A stretch of DNA of 64,000 nt, from contig JAWLHY010000001.1 of assembly GCA_041690135.1 (NCBI GenBank), positions 960,001-1,024,000 of the forward strand, in the 5' to 3' direction. This stretch comes from Armatimonadota bacterium (GTDB lineage: Bacteria; Armatimonadota; SYMT01). The notes beneath the pieces are model-generated. The model did no database searches. It had not been told where the DNA came from and saw nothing but the letters and a program-made list of their open reading frames with translations. Shown here piece after piece: positions 45,659-57,500 of this stretch (positions are counted from its first letter, which is position 1; each line of letters starts with the position of its first letter). Position numbers and translations under genes: made by a program.

Positions 45659-47095
45659 ATGCACCGATCCCTTCTCTGCCTCCTGGCGACGGCTATCGGC
45701 ATTGTGGCCATGGGCGTGCCCGGGCGCGCGCAGCCGCCGGGTACGGAACGCCCCAACGTCCTGTTCATTTCGGTGGACGATATGAACAATGACCTGGGCT
45801 GCTACGGCCACCCGCTCGTGAAATCGCCGCACATCGATCGGCTCGCGAACCGGGGCGTGCGGTTCGACCGGGCTTACTGCCAGCTACCACTGTGCAGCCC
45901 CAGTCGCTCCTCGGTGATGACGGGTCTCCGCCCGGACACTACCCGCGTCTACAACCTCACCTACCACTTCCGGAAGGGGCTGCCGGACGTAGTCACGCTG
46001 CCGCAGGTGTTTAAGAACCACGGCTACTTCGCCGCAAGGGTGGGCAAGATCTACCACTACGGCAACCCGGGACAGATCGGTACGAGCGGCCTGGACGACC
46101 CGCCCTCCTGGAACCAGGTCGTCAACCCGGCCGGGGTCGACAAGACGCTCCTCGAACCGGAGATCGTCAATCACACGCCGAAACGCGGCCTCGGCAGCGC
46201 CCTGTCGCTCCTGGCCGACCCGCGGCATCCCGATGAGGAGCACACCGACGGCAAGGTTGCGACCGAGACCATCCGGCTTTTGGAGCAAAACCGGGACCGG
46301 CCGTTTTTCATTGCCGCGGGGTTCTACCGGCCACACACCCCCTACGTGGCGCCAAAGAAGTACTTCGACCTCTATCCGCCCGCGGAGATCCGCCTCCCGG
46401 AGGAACCGGCGGAGCACCTTAAAGCCATCCCCGCGCCCGCTCTCGCTTCCACCCGCCCCTGGCCCCTTCTGGGGGTGACCCGCGAACAGGCCCTCGAAGG
46501 GAAGCGGGCCTATTACGCGTCGATCTCGTTTGTGGATGCCCAGGTCGGGCGGCTCCTCGACGCCCTGGATCGCCTGAAGCTCCGCGAGAAGACCCTCATC
46601 GTCTTCTGGAGCGATCACGGTTACCACCTGGGCGAACATGGATTGTGGCTGAAGCAGAGCCTTTTCGAAGAATCCGCGCGCGTCCCGCTGATCGTGGCCG
46701 GCCCCGGCATCCAGGCCGCCGGAAAGGCGAGCCCGCGGATCGTGGAACTCGTCGACCTGTACCCCACCCTGGCGGATCTCGCCGGTCTAAAGCCGCCGGG
46801 CAACCTGGAAGGAGCCAGCCTACGACCGCTTCTCGGCAATCCGCAGCGGAAGTGGGAACGTCCCGCCTTCACCCAAACGCCTCGCGGCCGGTTCTCGGGC
46901 TACTCCGTGCGCACCGAGCGCTGGCGCTACACCGAATGGGATGAGGGGCGTGCCGGGGTCGAGCTCTACGACCACGAGAAAGACCCGCGCGAATACCGCA
47001 ACCTGGCTTCCGTGCCCGAGTACGCCGCCATGCTGGCGCAAATGAAGGCGCTCCTGGCCCAAACCCGGCGCCCTCCCGCAAACGAGAAACCCTGA
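45659..47095 (+). CDS. Sulfatase (iduronate-2-sulfatase-like)
   Basis: Signal; [34 protein letters not shown]. Confidence 0.93.
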   Translation: MHRSLLCLLATAIGIVAMGVPGRAQPPGTERPNVLFISVDDMNNDLGCYGHPLVKSPHIDRLANRGVRFDRAYCQLPLCSPSRSSVMTGLRPDTTRVYNLTYHFRKGLPDVVTLPQVFKNHGYFAARVGKIYHYGNPGQIGTSGLDDPPSWNQVVNPAGVDKTLLEPEIVNHTPKRGLGSALSLLADPRHPDEEHTDGKVATETIRLLEQNRDRPFFIAAGFYRPHTPYVAPKKYFDLYPPAEIRLPEEPAEHLKAIPAPALASTRPWPLLGVTREQALEGKRAYYASISFVDAQVGRLLDALDRLKLREKTLIVFWSDHGYHLGEHGLWLKQSLFEESARVPLIVAGPGIQAAGKASPRIVELVDLYPTLADLAGLKPPGNLEGASLRPLLGNPQRKWERPAFTQTPRGRFSGYSVRTERWRYTEWDEGRAGVELYDHEKDPREYRNLASVPEYAAMLAQMKALLAQTRRPPANEKP

Positions 47096-48639
47096 TGAAA
47101 CTGATCCAGCCACTCCTGACCCTGGCGGGCGCGATGGCGCTCACCGTCACGCTCGGCAGCCGCACCCAGGCGCAGAACCCGGCGGCGCAGCGGCCGAACA
47201 TCGTCTTCATCTTCTCGGACGACCACGCCTACCAGGCGATCGGCGCTTACGGCTCGAAGCTGAACCAGACGCCGAACCTGGACCGCATTGCGCGGGAGGG
47301 GATGCGGTTCGACCGCTGCCTGGTGCCCAACTCCATCTGCGGCCCCAGCCGGGCCACCATCCTCACCGGCAAGTACTCCCACCTCAACGGCTTCTACAAC
47401 AACGCCCGCAACCGCTTCGACGGCTCGCAGACCACCTTCCCCAAGCTCCTCCAGAAGCAGGGGTACCAGACGGCCATGATCGGCAAGTGGCACCTGGTGA
47501 CGAACCCGACGGGTTTCGACCACTGGGATATCCTGCCCGGCCAGGGCCAGTACTACAATCCGCCGATGATCCGGAACGGCGAACGCCTGAAGCGCGAGGG
47601 CTACACCACGGACATCATCACGGACCTCTCTCTCGACTGGCTGCAGAAGCGGGACCCGAACAAGCCGTTCATGTTGATGTGCCAGCACAAGGCCCCGCAC
47701 CGGGAGTGGGCTCCCAACCTCAAGTACCTGGGCAAGTACTCTGAAGGGAAGATCCCCGAGCCCGACACCCTGTTCGACGATTACGCGGGGCGAGGGGCGG
47801 CCGAGAAGTCCCAGGACATGACCATCGAGAAAACGATGACGCCGAAGGACCTGAAGCTGACCCCTCCGCCTTACTTGAATGCGGAACAGCGGAAGGTGTG
47901 GGACGCTTATTACGAGCCCCGTAACGCGGCCTTCCGCAAGGCCAACCCGCAGGGAAAGGATCTCATCCGGTGGAAGTACCAGCGCTACATGCACGATTAC
48001 CTGGGCAGCGTTGCTTCCGTGGATGAGAGCGTCGGCCGCGTGCTCGACTACCTGAAAGATACGGGCCTCGATAAGAACACCATCGTCGTCTACTCCTCGG
48101 ACCAGGGCTTCTACCTGGGTGAGCACGGTTGGTTCGACAAACGGTGGATCTACGAGGAGTCGCTCCGCACGCCGCTGCTGGTCCGCTGGCCGGGCGTAAC
48201 GAAGCCGGGCAGCGTCAACCGGGATATGGTCTCCAACGTGGACTTCGCCCAGACCTTCCTGGAAGCCGCCGGCGTCTCCTCCCCCGCCGACATGCAGGGC
48301 CGCAGCCTCGTCTCCGTGCTCAAGGGCAAGACCCCGAAGGATTGGCGGCAGAGCTTCTACTATCACTACTACGAATACCCCGGCGCTCATAGCGTGCGCA
48401 AGCACTATGGCGTGGTCACCGACCGGTACAAGCTGGTCCGCTTCTACGAACCCGATGTGGACTACTGGGAGCTCTTCGACCGCAAGACCGACCCGAAGGA
48501 AATGCGCAGCGTCTACGGACAGGCTTCTTACGCCAAGGTCCAGAAGGATCTGGAGCGGGAGTTGGCCCGCCTCCGCAAAGAGCTGAAGGTCACCGAGCAA
48601 GACCCGCCGGACTCCTTCACCCGCGTCCCCCGCCAATGA
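47095..48639 (+). CDS. Sulfatase (N-acetylglucosamine-6-sulfatase-like)
   Basis: [41 protein letters not shown]. Confidence 0.93.
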   Translation: MKLIQPLLTLAGAMALTVTLGSRTQAQNPAAQRPNIVFIFSDDHAYQAIGAYGSKLNQTPNLDRIAREGMRFDRCLVPNSICGPSRATILTGKYSHLNGFYNNARNRFDGSQTTFPKLLQKQGYQTAMIGKWHLVTNPTGFDHWDILPGQGQYYNPPMIRNGERLKREGYTTDIITDLSLDWLQKRDPNKPFMLMCQHKAPHREWAPNLKYLGKYSEGKIPEPDTLFDDYAGRGAAEKSQDMTIEKTMTPKDLKLTPPPYLNAEQRKVWDAYYEPRNAAFRKANPQGKDLIRWKYQRYMHDYLGSVASVDESVGRVLDYLKDTGLDKNTIVVYSSDQGFYLGEHGWFDKRWIYEESLRTPLLVRWPGVTKPGSVNRDMVSNVDFAQTFLEAAGVSSPADMQGRSLVSVLKGKTPKDWRQSFYYHYYEYPGAHSVRKHYGVVTDRYKLVRFYEPDVDYWELFDRKTDPKEMRSVYGQASYAKVQKDLERELARLRKELKVTEQDPPDSFTRVPRQ

Positions 48640-48644
48640 ATGGC

Positions 48645-48678
48645 TGAGGGCATCGCCCACGAGTGGGCGGTGCCCTCA
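48645..48678 (+). terminator. 15-bp hairpin right after sulfatase stop (no U tract)
   Basis: TGAGGGCATCGCCCA-CGAG-TGGGCGGTGCCCTCA. Confidence 0.55.
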
Positions 48679-48813
48679 CGGTCACGGCATGGGCGCTGGC
48701 GCACCAAATTCCTTCACGGAATCCGGAGCCGTGTGCCGATGCTCTGCCGATTCCCGCTCTCCCGGAAGAGTGACTGTCGGTTTGGCCTCCTCAATTGTGC
48801 CGCGCTAACCTCT

Positions 48814-48855
48814 CCTGACCCCTGGCCCCTGGCCCCTGGCCCCTGGCCCCTGGCC
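48814..48855. repeat. Heptamer tandem repeat (CCTGGCC)x5 plus one variant
   Basis: cctgacc followed by five exact cctggcc. Confidence 0.9.
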
Positions 48856-49174
48856 CCCGTCCTTCACCATCCCACGTGCGTCGTGTCCGGCCCCCAGCCA
48901 CCTCGAGGCCAGTTCTGCTGCCCCGCGTCAGACGGCTTCCCCACTTCTTGAGGGATTTGCTAAACACACGTGCAGAACAGCACAATTATTGGGATTCGGC
49001 TAAAAAATTACAGATCTGTTAAACAGTTCTACTTCTGAAGGAATGACCTGAAGTCAGGACGAACTGCTCCCATCGGACCGGGGAAGGCGGGTCTCCGTCC
49101 TGGTCCGGTGCTCGCGGAGTGGCGAGCGCGTGCTACTGCGGCTCAGTCGCCGCATCGCCTTCATTGGAGAACTC

Positions 49175-49864
49175 ATGTTACGGAATCCTCGACGCGGCTT
49201 CACTCTAATCGAATTGCTCGTGGTGATTGCCATTATCGCCATCCTCGCCGCCATCCTTTTTCCCGTCTTCGCCCAGGCCCGCGAGAAGGCCCGTTCCATC
49301 AACTGCCTGAACAACATGCGTCAGCTCGGCACGGGCTTCGCGATGTACACGCAGGACTACGACGAGTGCCTGATCCCGCTCGCCATCGGCCAGCCCGCGC
49401 CGGCCGGTTCCATCATCGCCTCTGCGCAAACGTGGTGGCCCGACCTGCTCCAGCCCTACGTCAAGAACCGCCAGATCTTCCGCTGTCCGAGCCTACCGCC
49501 GAACCGCTTCGGTATTGCCTACAACCATCCGGAGTTGGGTTACTGGTTGGGTGGCGGGCTCTCGCTCGCCAGCATCGATAAACCGACCGACACCGCCGCA
49601 CTCGCGGACGCCGCCACGATTGCCAACCCCAATGAGCCGGACCCCGACAAGTGGGTGGCCGCCTCCGGCAACAGTGACAGCTACTTCTTCCGAACCCCGA
49701 ATAACGTGCCCCATTACACGGACAGTCCCTCGCGGGTCGTTAACCGGCATCAAGGAATGACCAACGTGGTCTTCGTGGATGGGCACGCCAAGGCGATGAA
49801 GACCAGTGCGCTCGGCTTCCAGTTCCCGGCGGGAGATGCCCGCGCCCTCTGGGATAAGCGATAA
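49175..49864 (+). CDS. Prepilin-type N-methylation / DUF1559 / H-X9-DG protein
   Basis: [34 protein letters not shown]; YTQDYDE; [16 protein letters not shown]; SD GGAGA. Confidence 0.95.
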   Translation: MLRNPRRGFTLIELLVVIAIIAILAAILFPVFAQAREKARSINCLNNMRQLGTGFAMYTQDYDECLIPLAIGQPAPAGSIIASAQTWWPDLLQPYVKNRQIFRCPSLPPNRFGIAYNHPELGYWLGGGLSLASIDKPTDTAALADAATIANPNEPDPDKWVAASGNSDSYFFRTPNNVPHYTDSPSRVVNRHQGMTNVVFVDGHAKAMKTSALGFQFPAGDARALWDKR

Positions 49865-49908
49865 CCACCGCCGCGGCTAGGTCCGACTACCTCGCCGACC
49901 AACATGAA

Positions 49909-49955
49909 AAGCCCGGACCAGGATGATAAGCCGTCCCGGTCCGGGCTTCTCTTTT
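49909..49955 (+). terminator. Intrinsic terminator
   Basis: AAGCCCGGACC...GGTCCGGGCTT followed by CTCTTTT. Confidence 0.75.
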
Positions 49956-50089
49956 GCCGTGAAGGAGTGCCCCAGCGAAGAGACGAACAGCCCGGCAACG
50001 TGCGGTGAACGGTGAGTTCCGTCCATTGCCGGACAGTTCCATTGACTCCAAGACGGACACCACGGCGCCGCCGCCAACCTGGAAACCCC

Positions 50090-50836
50090 ATGTCACTCCC
50101 CCACCTCTACACCGTCAAAGACGGCGCGGTACTTTGGAACGGCAAACCCACCAAGGCGGACGTCGCCAGTTTCACTCCCCTGGGAGGCGCCTGGGCGCGC
50201 GATGCCTCCCACATCTTCGTTCAGGGCGCTCCCCGGCGGGGCATCGACCTGGCGACCTTTCAATACCTGAACCCCGTTTTCGTGAAGGATGCCTGCGCCG
50301 TTTATGACTGGGAAGGGACGATCAAGGGCGCCAATCCGGCCACATTCGTTATCCTCGACCCGGGCGTTTTCATCCAGGACGAGATCGTTCCACAGGCCTG
50401 GGCTCGGGGCTACGCACGGGATGCGGATGCCGTTTACTACCACGACCAGATGTTCGGCCGTGCTACCGCGCTGCGCGGCGCGGACCCCGGCAGCTTTGTC
50501 TCGCTGCGCAACGATTACGGCCTGGATGTCCAGGGCGTGTGGCACCAGAAGTCCCGGCTGCCGAAAGCGGCTCCCGCCACATGGGTGTACCTGGGTCGCC
50601 TGTGGAGTCGCGACCAGACCCGCGTCTTTTACGCGGAACGCGAGGTGACCGGCCTCGACCGCGAGCGGTTCGCTCCGGTCCTGGCCCCCACAATCGGCAA
50701 CTTCGCCACCGACGGGAAGCGCTTCTTCAACGCCGATCGCGAGATCCCGGAAGAGGAGTTCTGGGCCGAACTGGCGGAGAACTTCGGCGCCTTCGAACAG
50801 CGCCTCCGCGTGGCCCGTCGCCGTTTTATTCGCTAA
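50090..50836 (+). CDS. DKNYY-repeat family protein
   Basis: Repeats of the type ADVASF..L...WARD...I/V; DLATF..L...FVKD..VY; ADPGSF. Confidence 0.8.
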   Translation: MSLPHLYTVKDGAVLWNGKPTKADVASFTPLGGAWARDASHIFVQGAPRRGIDLATFQYLNPVFVKDACAVYDWEGTIKGANPATFVILDPGVFIQDEIVPQAWARGYARDADAVYYHDQMFGRATALRGADPGSFVSLRNDYGLDVQGVWHQKSRLPKAAPATWVYLGRLWSRDQTRVFYAEREVTGLDRERFAPVLAPTIGNFATDGKRFFNADREIPEEEFWAELAENFGAFEQRLRVARRRFIR

Positions 50837-50928
50837 GGAGCGGCTTGGATCGGTAAGAATCTCGGCTCCGCGTCCGCTACAAGAACAGGCGTGGCGAGTG
50901 TCCCAGGCAGGCGTAAAGGATCAGCTCC

Positions 50929-52284
50929 ATGGACGACCGCATCGACATCAGTTCCTATCCTCTTAACTCCCGCCTCCGGATAGCCGTATCGACGGGGGAC
51001 GTCGGCATCGTGCGGGAACTGATCGCCCAGGGGGCCGACGTGAACTCGACCGATGAAGACGGCTGGAGCCTCCTGGAGTGGGCGGTCAACCGCAATCATT
51101 TGGATGTAGTGGAGATCCTGCGGGCAGCGGGCGCTCAAGACACGCTCCAGTCGGCGGCTGCGTTGGGCGATGTGGAGTTGGTGCGCCGGCTGCTGGATGA
51201 GGGCGCCTCGCTTGCGGAAACAAACTCCGATGGCACTTCCCCGCTCATGTGGGCGGCTTCGGAAGGCCACGTCGAAGTTGTGCGGATCCTCCTCGAAAGA
51301 GGAGCGGATGTTCATCACCGCAACCATTTCGGCGATGACGTCCTCCGCTGGATGGGCGGACGTAACGTATCGGCCATGATGGAACTCCTTCGGCAGGCGG
51401 GCGCCCACCTGGGATTGGCCGATTTCGCGCACGGCGATAACCGACCGGCGGTTGAGGAATTGCTCCGCGACGGCGAGGATGCAAACCGCCGTGACGAAGG
51501 CGGCACTACGCCGTTAATCGGCGCCGTGTGCAGTGAGGGCAAGACTTGCCTGGATCTGCTACTGCAGCATGGCGCAGATATTAATGGGACGGATGTTCAC
51601 GACAACACTCCTCTCACTTACGCGGCAAGACTGGGGGATGTGGACCTGATCCACTATCTGGTTGAGCGCGGTGCCAGGGTTAACCCGGAGACCGGGAGTT
51701 CGTCACCGCTGTCGGATGCCGTATGGTGGGAGCGTGTCGATGCCGTCCGGACGCTGTTGGACCTTGGCGCGCAGTTCGAACCCGCGGGCTTTCAAGGTTC
51801 AGGTCCCTTACCGAGATTCCTCGGCAGGGTCACCCCTGACACAATTACGATCGCGGAGTTGCTCATTGCCGCAGGGGCGGACGTCAACGCACGCTCCACC
51901 ACCGATGGGAAACAACCACTCCATGAAGCAGCGAAGAAAGGGAGTAATGAACTTGTCGCCTTGCTCCTTGAACATGGGGCGGACCCTAATGGACGCGACA
52001 AGTTTCAGCAGACCCCCTTGTTCGACGCGGTGGATCGGGGGCATCTGGAGACTGCCGAGTTACTTCTCTGCGGTGGAGCGGACCTGAATGCGGAGACTTC
52101 CCCCGGCGTGACGGTTCTATCCAACGCAGCTTACTTTGGTCGCCTGCAAACCGTGAAGCGGTTGCTGGCCTGGGGGATTTCCCTGGAAGGAAAGCGAGGA
52201 TGGCTGCCATTGAACAAGGCTCGCTGGCGAGGCCACACCCAAGTCGTCGAACTGCTGCTACAAGCAGGGGTGCGCCAGGAGTGA
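50929..52284 (+). CDS. Ankyrin repeat protein
   Basis: Many GADVN..D..G.TPL..A repeats. Confidence 0.92.
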   Translation: MDDRIDISSYPLNSRLRIAVSTGDVGIVRELIAQGADVNSTDEDGWSLLEWAVNRNHLDVVEILRAAGAQDTLQSAAALGDVELVRRLLDEGASLAETNSDGTSPLMWAASEGHVEVVRILLERGADVHHRNHFGDDVLRWMGGRNVSAMMELLRQAGAHLGLADFAHGDNRPAVEELLRDGEDANRRDEGGTTPLIGAVCSEGKTCLDLLLQHGADINGTDVHDNTPLTYAARLGDVDLIHYLVERGARVNPETGSSSPLSDAVWWERVDAVRTLLDLGAQFEPAGFQGSGPLPRFLGRVTPDTITIAELLIAAGADVNARSTTDGKQPLHEAAKKGSNELVALLLEHGADPNGRDKFQQTPLFDAVDRGHLETAELLLCGGADLNAETSPGVTVLSNAAYFGRLQTVKRLLAWGISLEGKRGWLPLNKARWRGHTQVVELLLQAGVRQE

Positions 52285-52444
52285 TGTCGCGTGGCAGCCA
52301 GCCCCTATAGCCCCAGAAATAGCAAAAATTTGTTCTGTAATGCCGAAACTTGCACCACCCGGCGGGTTCCTATTCCGGTGATGATGGACGGCCGACCGCA
52401 GCCGTGAAAGGATGCCGTTGCCAGGAGGTGCAACATTAGCTACT

Positions 52445-53929
52445 ATGAATATCCGGAACCTCATCCCGTCTACCCTTGCGGTCACCGCCGGTCTCTTCCT
52501 GACCGCGGCCGCCCATACCCGGGTCCAGGCACAGGCGCCGGACCGGCCCAACATCTTGCTTGTTCTCTCGGACGACCACAGCGCCGCGCACCTGGGCTGC
52601 TACGGTAACCCGGACATCAAGACGCCCAACTTCGACCGGTTCGCGGCCCAGGGCATACGCTTCGACCGCGCCTACGTCGCCTCTCCCCAATGCGTGCCCT
52701 CGCGCGCTTCCATCATGACCGGTCGCTCTCCCGTGGCGATCGGCATGACCCGCTTCTCGGCGCCCCTGCCGCGCGAGGTGGTTACCTATCCGGAGGTGCT
52801 GCGGGCCGGCGGCTACTTCACGGGCGTGGCCGGCCGCACCTATCACCTGGACGGCAGCCGGATGCCCCCCGCCACGCAGAAGGTGGTGGAAGAGCGGAAG
52901 CTCCGGACCTTTCCCGACCGCCTCGACTACGTGAAAACGGCCGGGCAGGGCGCGCAGTCGCTCTCCCAGTACCGGGAGTTTCTAGACCTGGCCCAGGGCA
53001 AGCCGTTCTTTCTCCAGCTCTGCTTTAGCGAGCCGCACCGGCCGCTGGACCGGAACGCCATTCCCCAGCCGCACGACCCTGCGAAGCTGAAACTCCCCGT
53101 CTTCTACCCGGACACTCCCGGCGTGCGGGACGACTTCGCCCGCTACTACGACGAGATCGCCCGGTTGGACGGCTACTTCGGCGAGGTGCTGGCGGAGCTG
53201 GAAAAGCGCGGGCTGGCCAACAACACCCTGGTGGCATTCATGGGCGACAACGGCGCGGCGCAATTCCGGGGCAAGGGCACCCTCTACGAGTTCGGCGTCC
53301 GGGTTCCGCTCCTGGTCCGCTGGCCGGGTAAGGTCAAACCCGGCGAGGTGGCCGCGGAGCTGGTCTCCGGTGAGGATCTCGCCCCTACGTTCCTGGAAGC
53401 CGCCGGGCGTCCCGCGCCGAAGGAGATGACCGGCCGCAGCTTCCTGAAGCGTCTCCGCGGCGAGCCCTACGAGGTTCGGCGCCATGTCTTTGCAGAGCGC
53501 GGCGCGCACGGCAGCGGCCTCCCCACGAACTCGGCCGCCTTCGACCTGGGTCGCTGCGTCGTCACCCCCACGCACAAGCTGATCTACAACGCCCTTTGGC
53601 AGCTCCCCTACCACCCGGTCGACTTCGCCGGGGATCCGTTCTTCAAGGAAGTGCAGCGTCTGCATACGGAGGGGAAGCTCGACCCGAAGCTGTCGCAGCT
53701 CTATTTCTCCCCCACCCGCCCCATGTTCGAGCTGTACGACCTCCGGCAGGACCCGAACGAGCTGAACAACCTGGCCGGAAAACCGGAAGCCGCCGTCGTG
53801 GAGCGCGAGTTGAAGGCGGCGCTCCAGGAGTGGATGTTGCTGGAACGCGATTACGTCCCCCTCCCCATCCCCCCACCCGCCCAGATGCGCCGGGCCAGAC
53901 AAAGGATGAAGAGTGCCTTCGGCCGATAA
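52445..53929 (+). CDS. Sulfatase (sulfamidase/heparan N-sulfatase-like)
   Basis: PNILLVLSDD, CVPSR, EPHR, GDNG..FRGKGTLYE. Confidence 0.9.
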   Translation: MNIRNLIPSTLAVTAGLFLTAAAHTRVQAQAPDRPNILLVLSDDHSAAHLGCYGNPDIKTPNFDRFAAQGIRFDRAYVASPQCVPSRASIMTGRSPVAIGMTRFSAPLPREVVTYPEVLRAGGYFTGVAGRTYHLDGSRMPPATQKVVEERKLRTFPDRLDYVKTAGQGAQSLSQYREFLDLAQGKPFFLQLCFSEPHRPLDRNAIPQPHDPAKLKLPVFYPDTPGVRDDFARYYDEIARLDGYFGEVLAELEKRGLANNTLVAFMGDNGAAQFRGKGTLYEFGVRVPLLVRWPGKVKPGEVAAELVSGEDLAPTFLEAAGRPAPKEMTGRSFLKRLRGEPYEVRRHVFAERGAHGSGLPTNSAAFDLGRCVVTPTHKLIYNALWQLPYHPVDFAGDPFFKEVQRLHTEGKLDPKLSQLYFSPTRPMFELYDLRQDPNELNNLAGKPEAAVVERELKAALQEWMLLERDYVPLPIPPPAQMRRARQRMKSAFGR

Positions 53930-54001
53930 GGACGGGTTGCGGCCGATAAAGATAAGGATAAAGAGGGACCTGCGGAGGAATTACGGCGGAAGGTCAGCCC
54001 C

Positions 54002-54109
54002 AACACCTGAAGGCCGAACACCCGAACGCCTGAGCACCCAACGCCCAACACCCGAACACCGGAACACCTGAAAACCCGAATACCTGAAAACCCGAACACC
54101 CGAACCCCG
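54002..54109. repeat. Degenerate octamer tandem repeat (AACACCCG-like)
   Basis: aacacctg/aacacccg/aacgcctg/aaaacccg/aatacctg units. Confidence 0.85.
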
Positions 54110-54123
54110 ATTGGAGGATAACG

Positions 54124-54552
54124 ATGTCCCCGACACTCACAGTCGAAGCAAAGATGCTGGGTCAGCGAAAACCGCTGATCTCCGATTGGCACATCACTCT
54201 CCCCCCCGAGCTTGGGGAGCGAACGACGCTCCGCCAATTGATCACGCAGGTGGTCCTGGCGGAAGTGGCCGCCTTCAACGAGCGCCAGGAGCAGCGTCGG
54301 TTTACCCAGGTACTGTCGGCGGAGCAGATTCAGGCGGGTGTGGCGGCCGGAAAGATCGATATGGGAGGCCGGGAGGAAGTCACGCCGGCCGACGCCGAGG
54401 CAGCCATATCGACGGCGATCCAGGCCTTCGCGGACGGCCTCTACTTCGTCTTCCTGGATGACGAACAGCAGACGGAACTGGATCGCGAGGTCTCCCTCAA
54501 ATCGGCCAGCCGCCTTCTGTTTCTGCGTCTCGTAGCGCTGGCGGGAGGGTAG
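54124..54552 (+). CDS. Small protein with C-terminal Gly-Gly (possible ubiquitin-like beta-grasp protein) preceding DUF4132 gene
   Basis: SD GGAGG; ends YFVFLDDEQQTELDREVSLKSASRLLFLRLVALAGG-stop. Confidence 0.8.
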   Translation: MSPTLTVEAKMLGQRKPLISDWHITLPPELGERTTLRQLITQVVLAEVAAFNERQEQRRFTQVLSAEQIQAGVAAGKIDMGGREEVTPADAEAAISTAIQAFADGLYFVFLDDEQQTELDREVSLKSASRLLFLRLVALAGG

Positions 54553-54554
54553 CC

Positions 54555-57500
54555 ATGCTGAACCCACAGGAAGCCGAGCGCCGGCTCAAGGAGTTCAAGG
54601 TCAAGGATGGCAAGGGCCGGCGCCTCGCGCGGATCGCGGAGTTGCCGGAAGCCTTGCGCGCTATCGGCTACGGAATGTATGGGGCGGCTGCGGACGGCGG
54701 GCACGTGAAGGGCACGGATGCTCGTGAGAAATTGGTGGAAGCCTCTTTCCGCGCACTGGACGAGTTGTCTCAGGCGGACCGGGAGCAGCTCTTTGAGGTC
54801 CTTTTTCCTCAACTCGGCCGCTACGTGGAAGGTGCCTGGCAGATGTTAGGCCAGCGGCCGTATCAGCACGGATGGGAGCGCCGGGCCTTCCGCGCCCCAG
54901 GTGACAACGAGCGCTCACGGGCTATTCGCCGGGCTCGCCTGGACCAGTATCTGGAGCAGCTCAAAGGTTACGAGCAGGACATCACCTGGCTGGCCGCCTG
55001 GACCCCCTACATCTTCCATTATTGGGCGGAGAGTGTAGCGGAATTGCTGGCCGCGGCGATCGACGCGGGCGGCTCAGCGGGTAACGAAGTCTTCGAGATC
55101 CTCTGTGCTTCCGCCCGGGGTGAGCACCCGATCGGCGCCATGGGAAGGCATGTCACCGGGGCGCTTCTCTGCGCTTCCCGGCCGGACGGCTGGGAGTTTG
55201 TGGAGCGACTCTTGCTGGCGGCACAGCGAGAAGAGGGGCTGCGGCAGACCATTCTGGAAAGCGTGGACCAGGCGCATCCGGAGGCGTTCCGGCGAATGGT
55301 GCGCCTGATCCTGGACCATGACCTTCTGCGGTTCAGTGCGACCATCCGCGCGGTGGACGTCTGGTTCGGCTTCCAGTTGGAAGCGACGGATGCGCGGGTG
55401 GCTCGCGGCATTCTGGAGCAAGTCCTCCGGTTCATGGAAGATCCGGCCGCTAGGGAGGCGGCGATCCACGGGGGCGACGCCCGCTCCGCCTATCTCGCCC
55501 TTTGGGCGACTGCGTTTGAGAATGCTCCGGCCGCGGTCGCGCCGGCCACCCATCTGCTGAGCACTGGAGCGCTGGAAGGTCGCTACGCGGCCGCGCTCCT
55601 TTTGTCGCAACTCGCCCTTTCCGAATCCCGGTCGGCACTGGTGTCCGCGCTGGATGACCCCGACCTGCGGGTTGCCCTCACCGCCTTCTCCGGCCTGGGT
55701 CTGGGTGGCTACTACGGCGGCTACTCCGACGACGATGAAGACGAGGACATCGCTCCGGAGAAGCAGCCTGGTGTTTTCGAGGCGCTGACGCGGCTAGTGG
55801 CCCGGGTCCCGAAGAAAGAAAACACCATCGCGGACCTGGTGTGGCCCGGCAACGTGCTCCAGGCCGACCAGGCCACCGTCGCCGGCGCGCTGCTTTCCAC
55901 CCTCGGCCAACGTTCCCCGACCGAGCTGATTCCCTTCTTGCCACTGATGGAGCCGTATACCCGGAGCAGCGTGGCCGGCCTTCTGAGCAAGAAGAAGCTG
56001 CGCAACCTCCCGGAGGTCCGCGACACTCTGCTGTCCATGGCTGGGGATGCCGCGGAAGGGGTTCGCGAGGAAGCGCTCAAGGCTCTCGGCAAGCAGAAGA
56101 TCAACCCAGAGGAAGCTCCCCGACTGGAAGGCTTGCTGACCCGGAAGGCCGCGGACCTGCGCCGGGGCGTGATCGGGCTCCTTCTCAACCAGGAAGATGA
56201 GGCGGCTTTGGCCAGTGCCGAGCGCTTGGCGAGCGCAAAGAACGTCAACCAGCGCACCGCCGGGCTGGAAGTCCTCCAGCAGCTCTGCCAGAGCGATCGC
56301 CAGGCGGAGGCCTGCCGCCGCCTGGCCTCGGAGTACCCCGCCCGGCAGAAAGCTCTTTCCGATGCGGAGAAGCAGCTCCTCGATACCCTCACGGAAGAGG
56401 CGGCCGCCGCGCCGGAGGTCACGCTCAAGGACGGCCTGGGCCTCTTCGATCCGGCCCACCTCACCCCGGTGGAGCGGCCCCTGGAGGTGCCGGGGCTGCA
56501 ACTGGAGTCGGAAGCAGCCGGAGCGCTCCTCCAGTCCCTGGACGATCTGGTTCACCAGCATCGCGAAGTGCCGGTGCGCCTCTGGTACGCCCATCAGATC
56601 GACGAGGATGACGAGGATGCGGAACCGGGAGTGGAGCCGGATGAGGGCAATTCCGTCTTGCTCGGCGACCTCACTTGGGGGCTCCCGTCTCCCTACCCCA
56701 ACGTCCCGGTGGAGAAAGATGCCGCGCGTCTGCCACTCCGGCAGGTCTGGGAGGACTGGTGGGCCGTCCGGCCGACGGAAATGCAGGATCCCGACGGGAT
56801 GGAGCTGCTCCGGGCTCTGGCGATGGTTCAGGACCTCTCGAAGAAGAAGCTCCGGCATCGCGAGGTGACCCAGAGCGTCCTCGAGTGGCTTTTCCGTCTG
56901 AACCCTCCAGCGGAGGCGCTGCCGTTCCTCCTGGGAGCTGCGGAGACCATCTTCGCACGGGTCCCGGAGGAGAAGATCCGCAAGGCCCCCAACCCCAACC
57001 GGCCCTGGGCGGCACTAGGCTGGCGGAATAATGAAGCGCGCCTCTTCTGGCTGCAGTTGGCGCGGACCCATCGAAAGTACCGTCCGGAAGACTGGCGCGA
57101 CGAGGACCACAACCGCTTGTGGCGGCTCCTTCGCTGGTTGGACAAGCCCACGCCGGAAGCGCCCCGCTTCAACATCGAACTCGAGGAGGTGCTGCGGGCC
57201 TGGCGGGCCGGCAGCGCCACCGAGGCGGACCTCATCGAGATGCTGCTGGCGACCCGCGGGGAAGGCAACGAGTACTACTACGGAAACCGGCACTCCGAGC
57301 TGCAGTTGCTGACCGGCCGGAAACCGTCTCCTCTGTTCGAGCAGTACCCCGGCCTCCGCGAGATCGTTGTGCGGTGCCGCGACCGGGTGCTGGAGGTGGA
57401 ACTCGCGCGCGGTGAACTGCCCAGCCCGGCCACTCCTGCCGCGCTTTGTTTGCGGAGTGCAGGCGGTCTCGATACGCTGATCCGGCTCCTGAAAGCCCTG

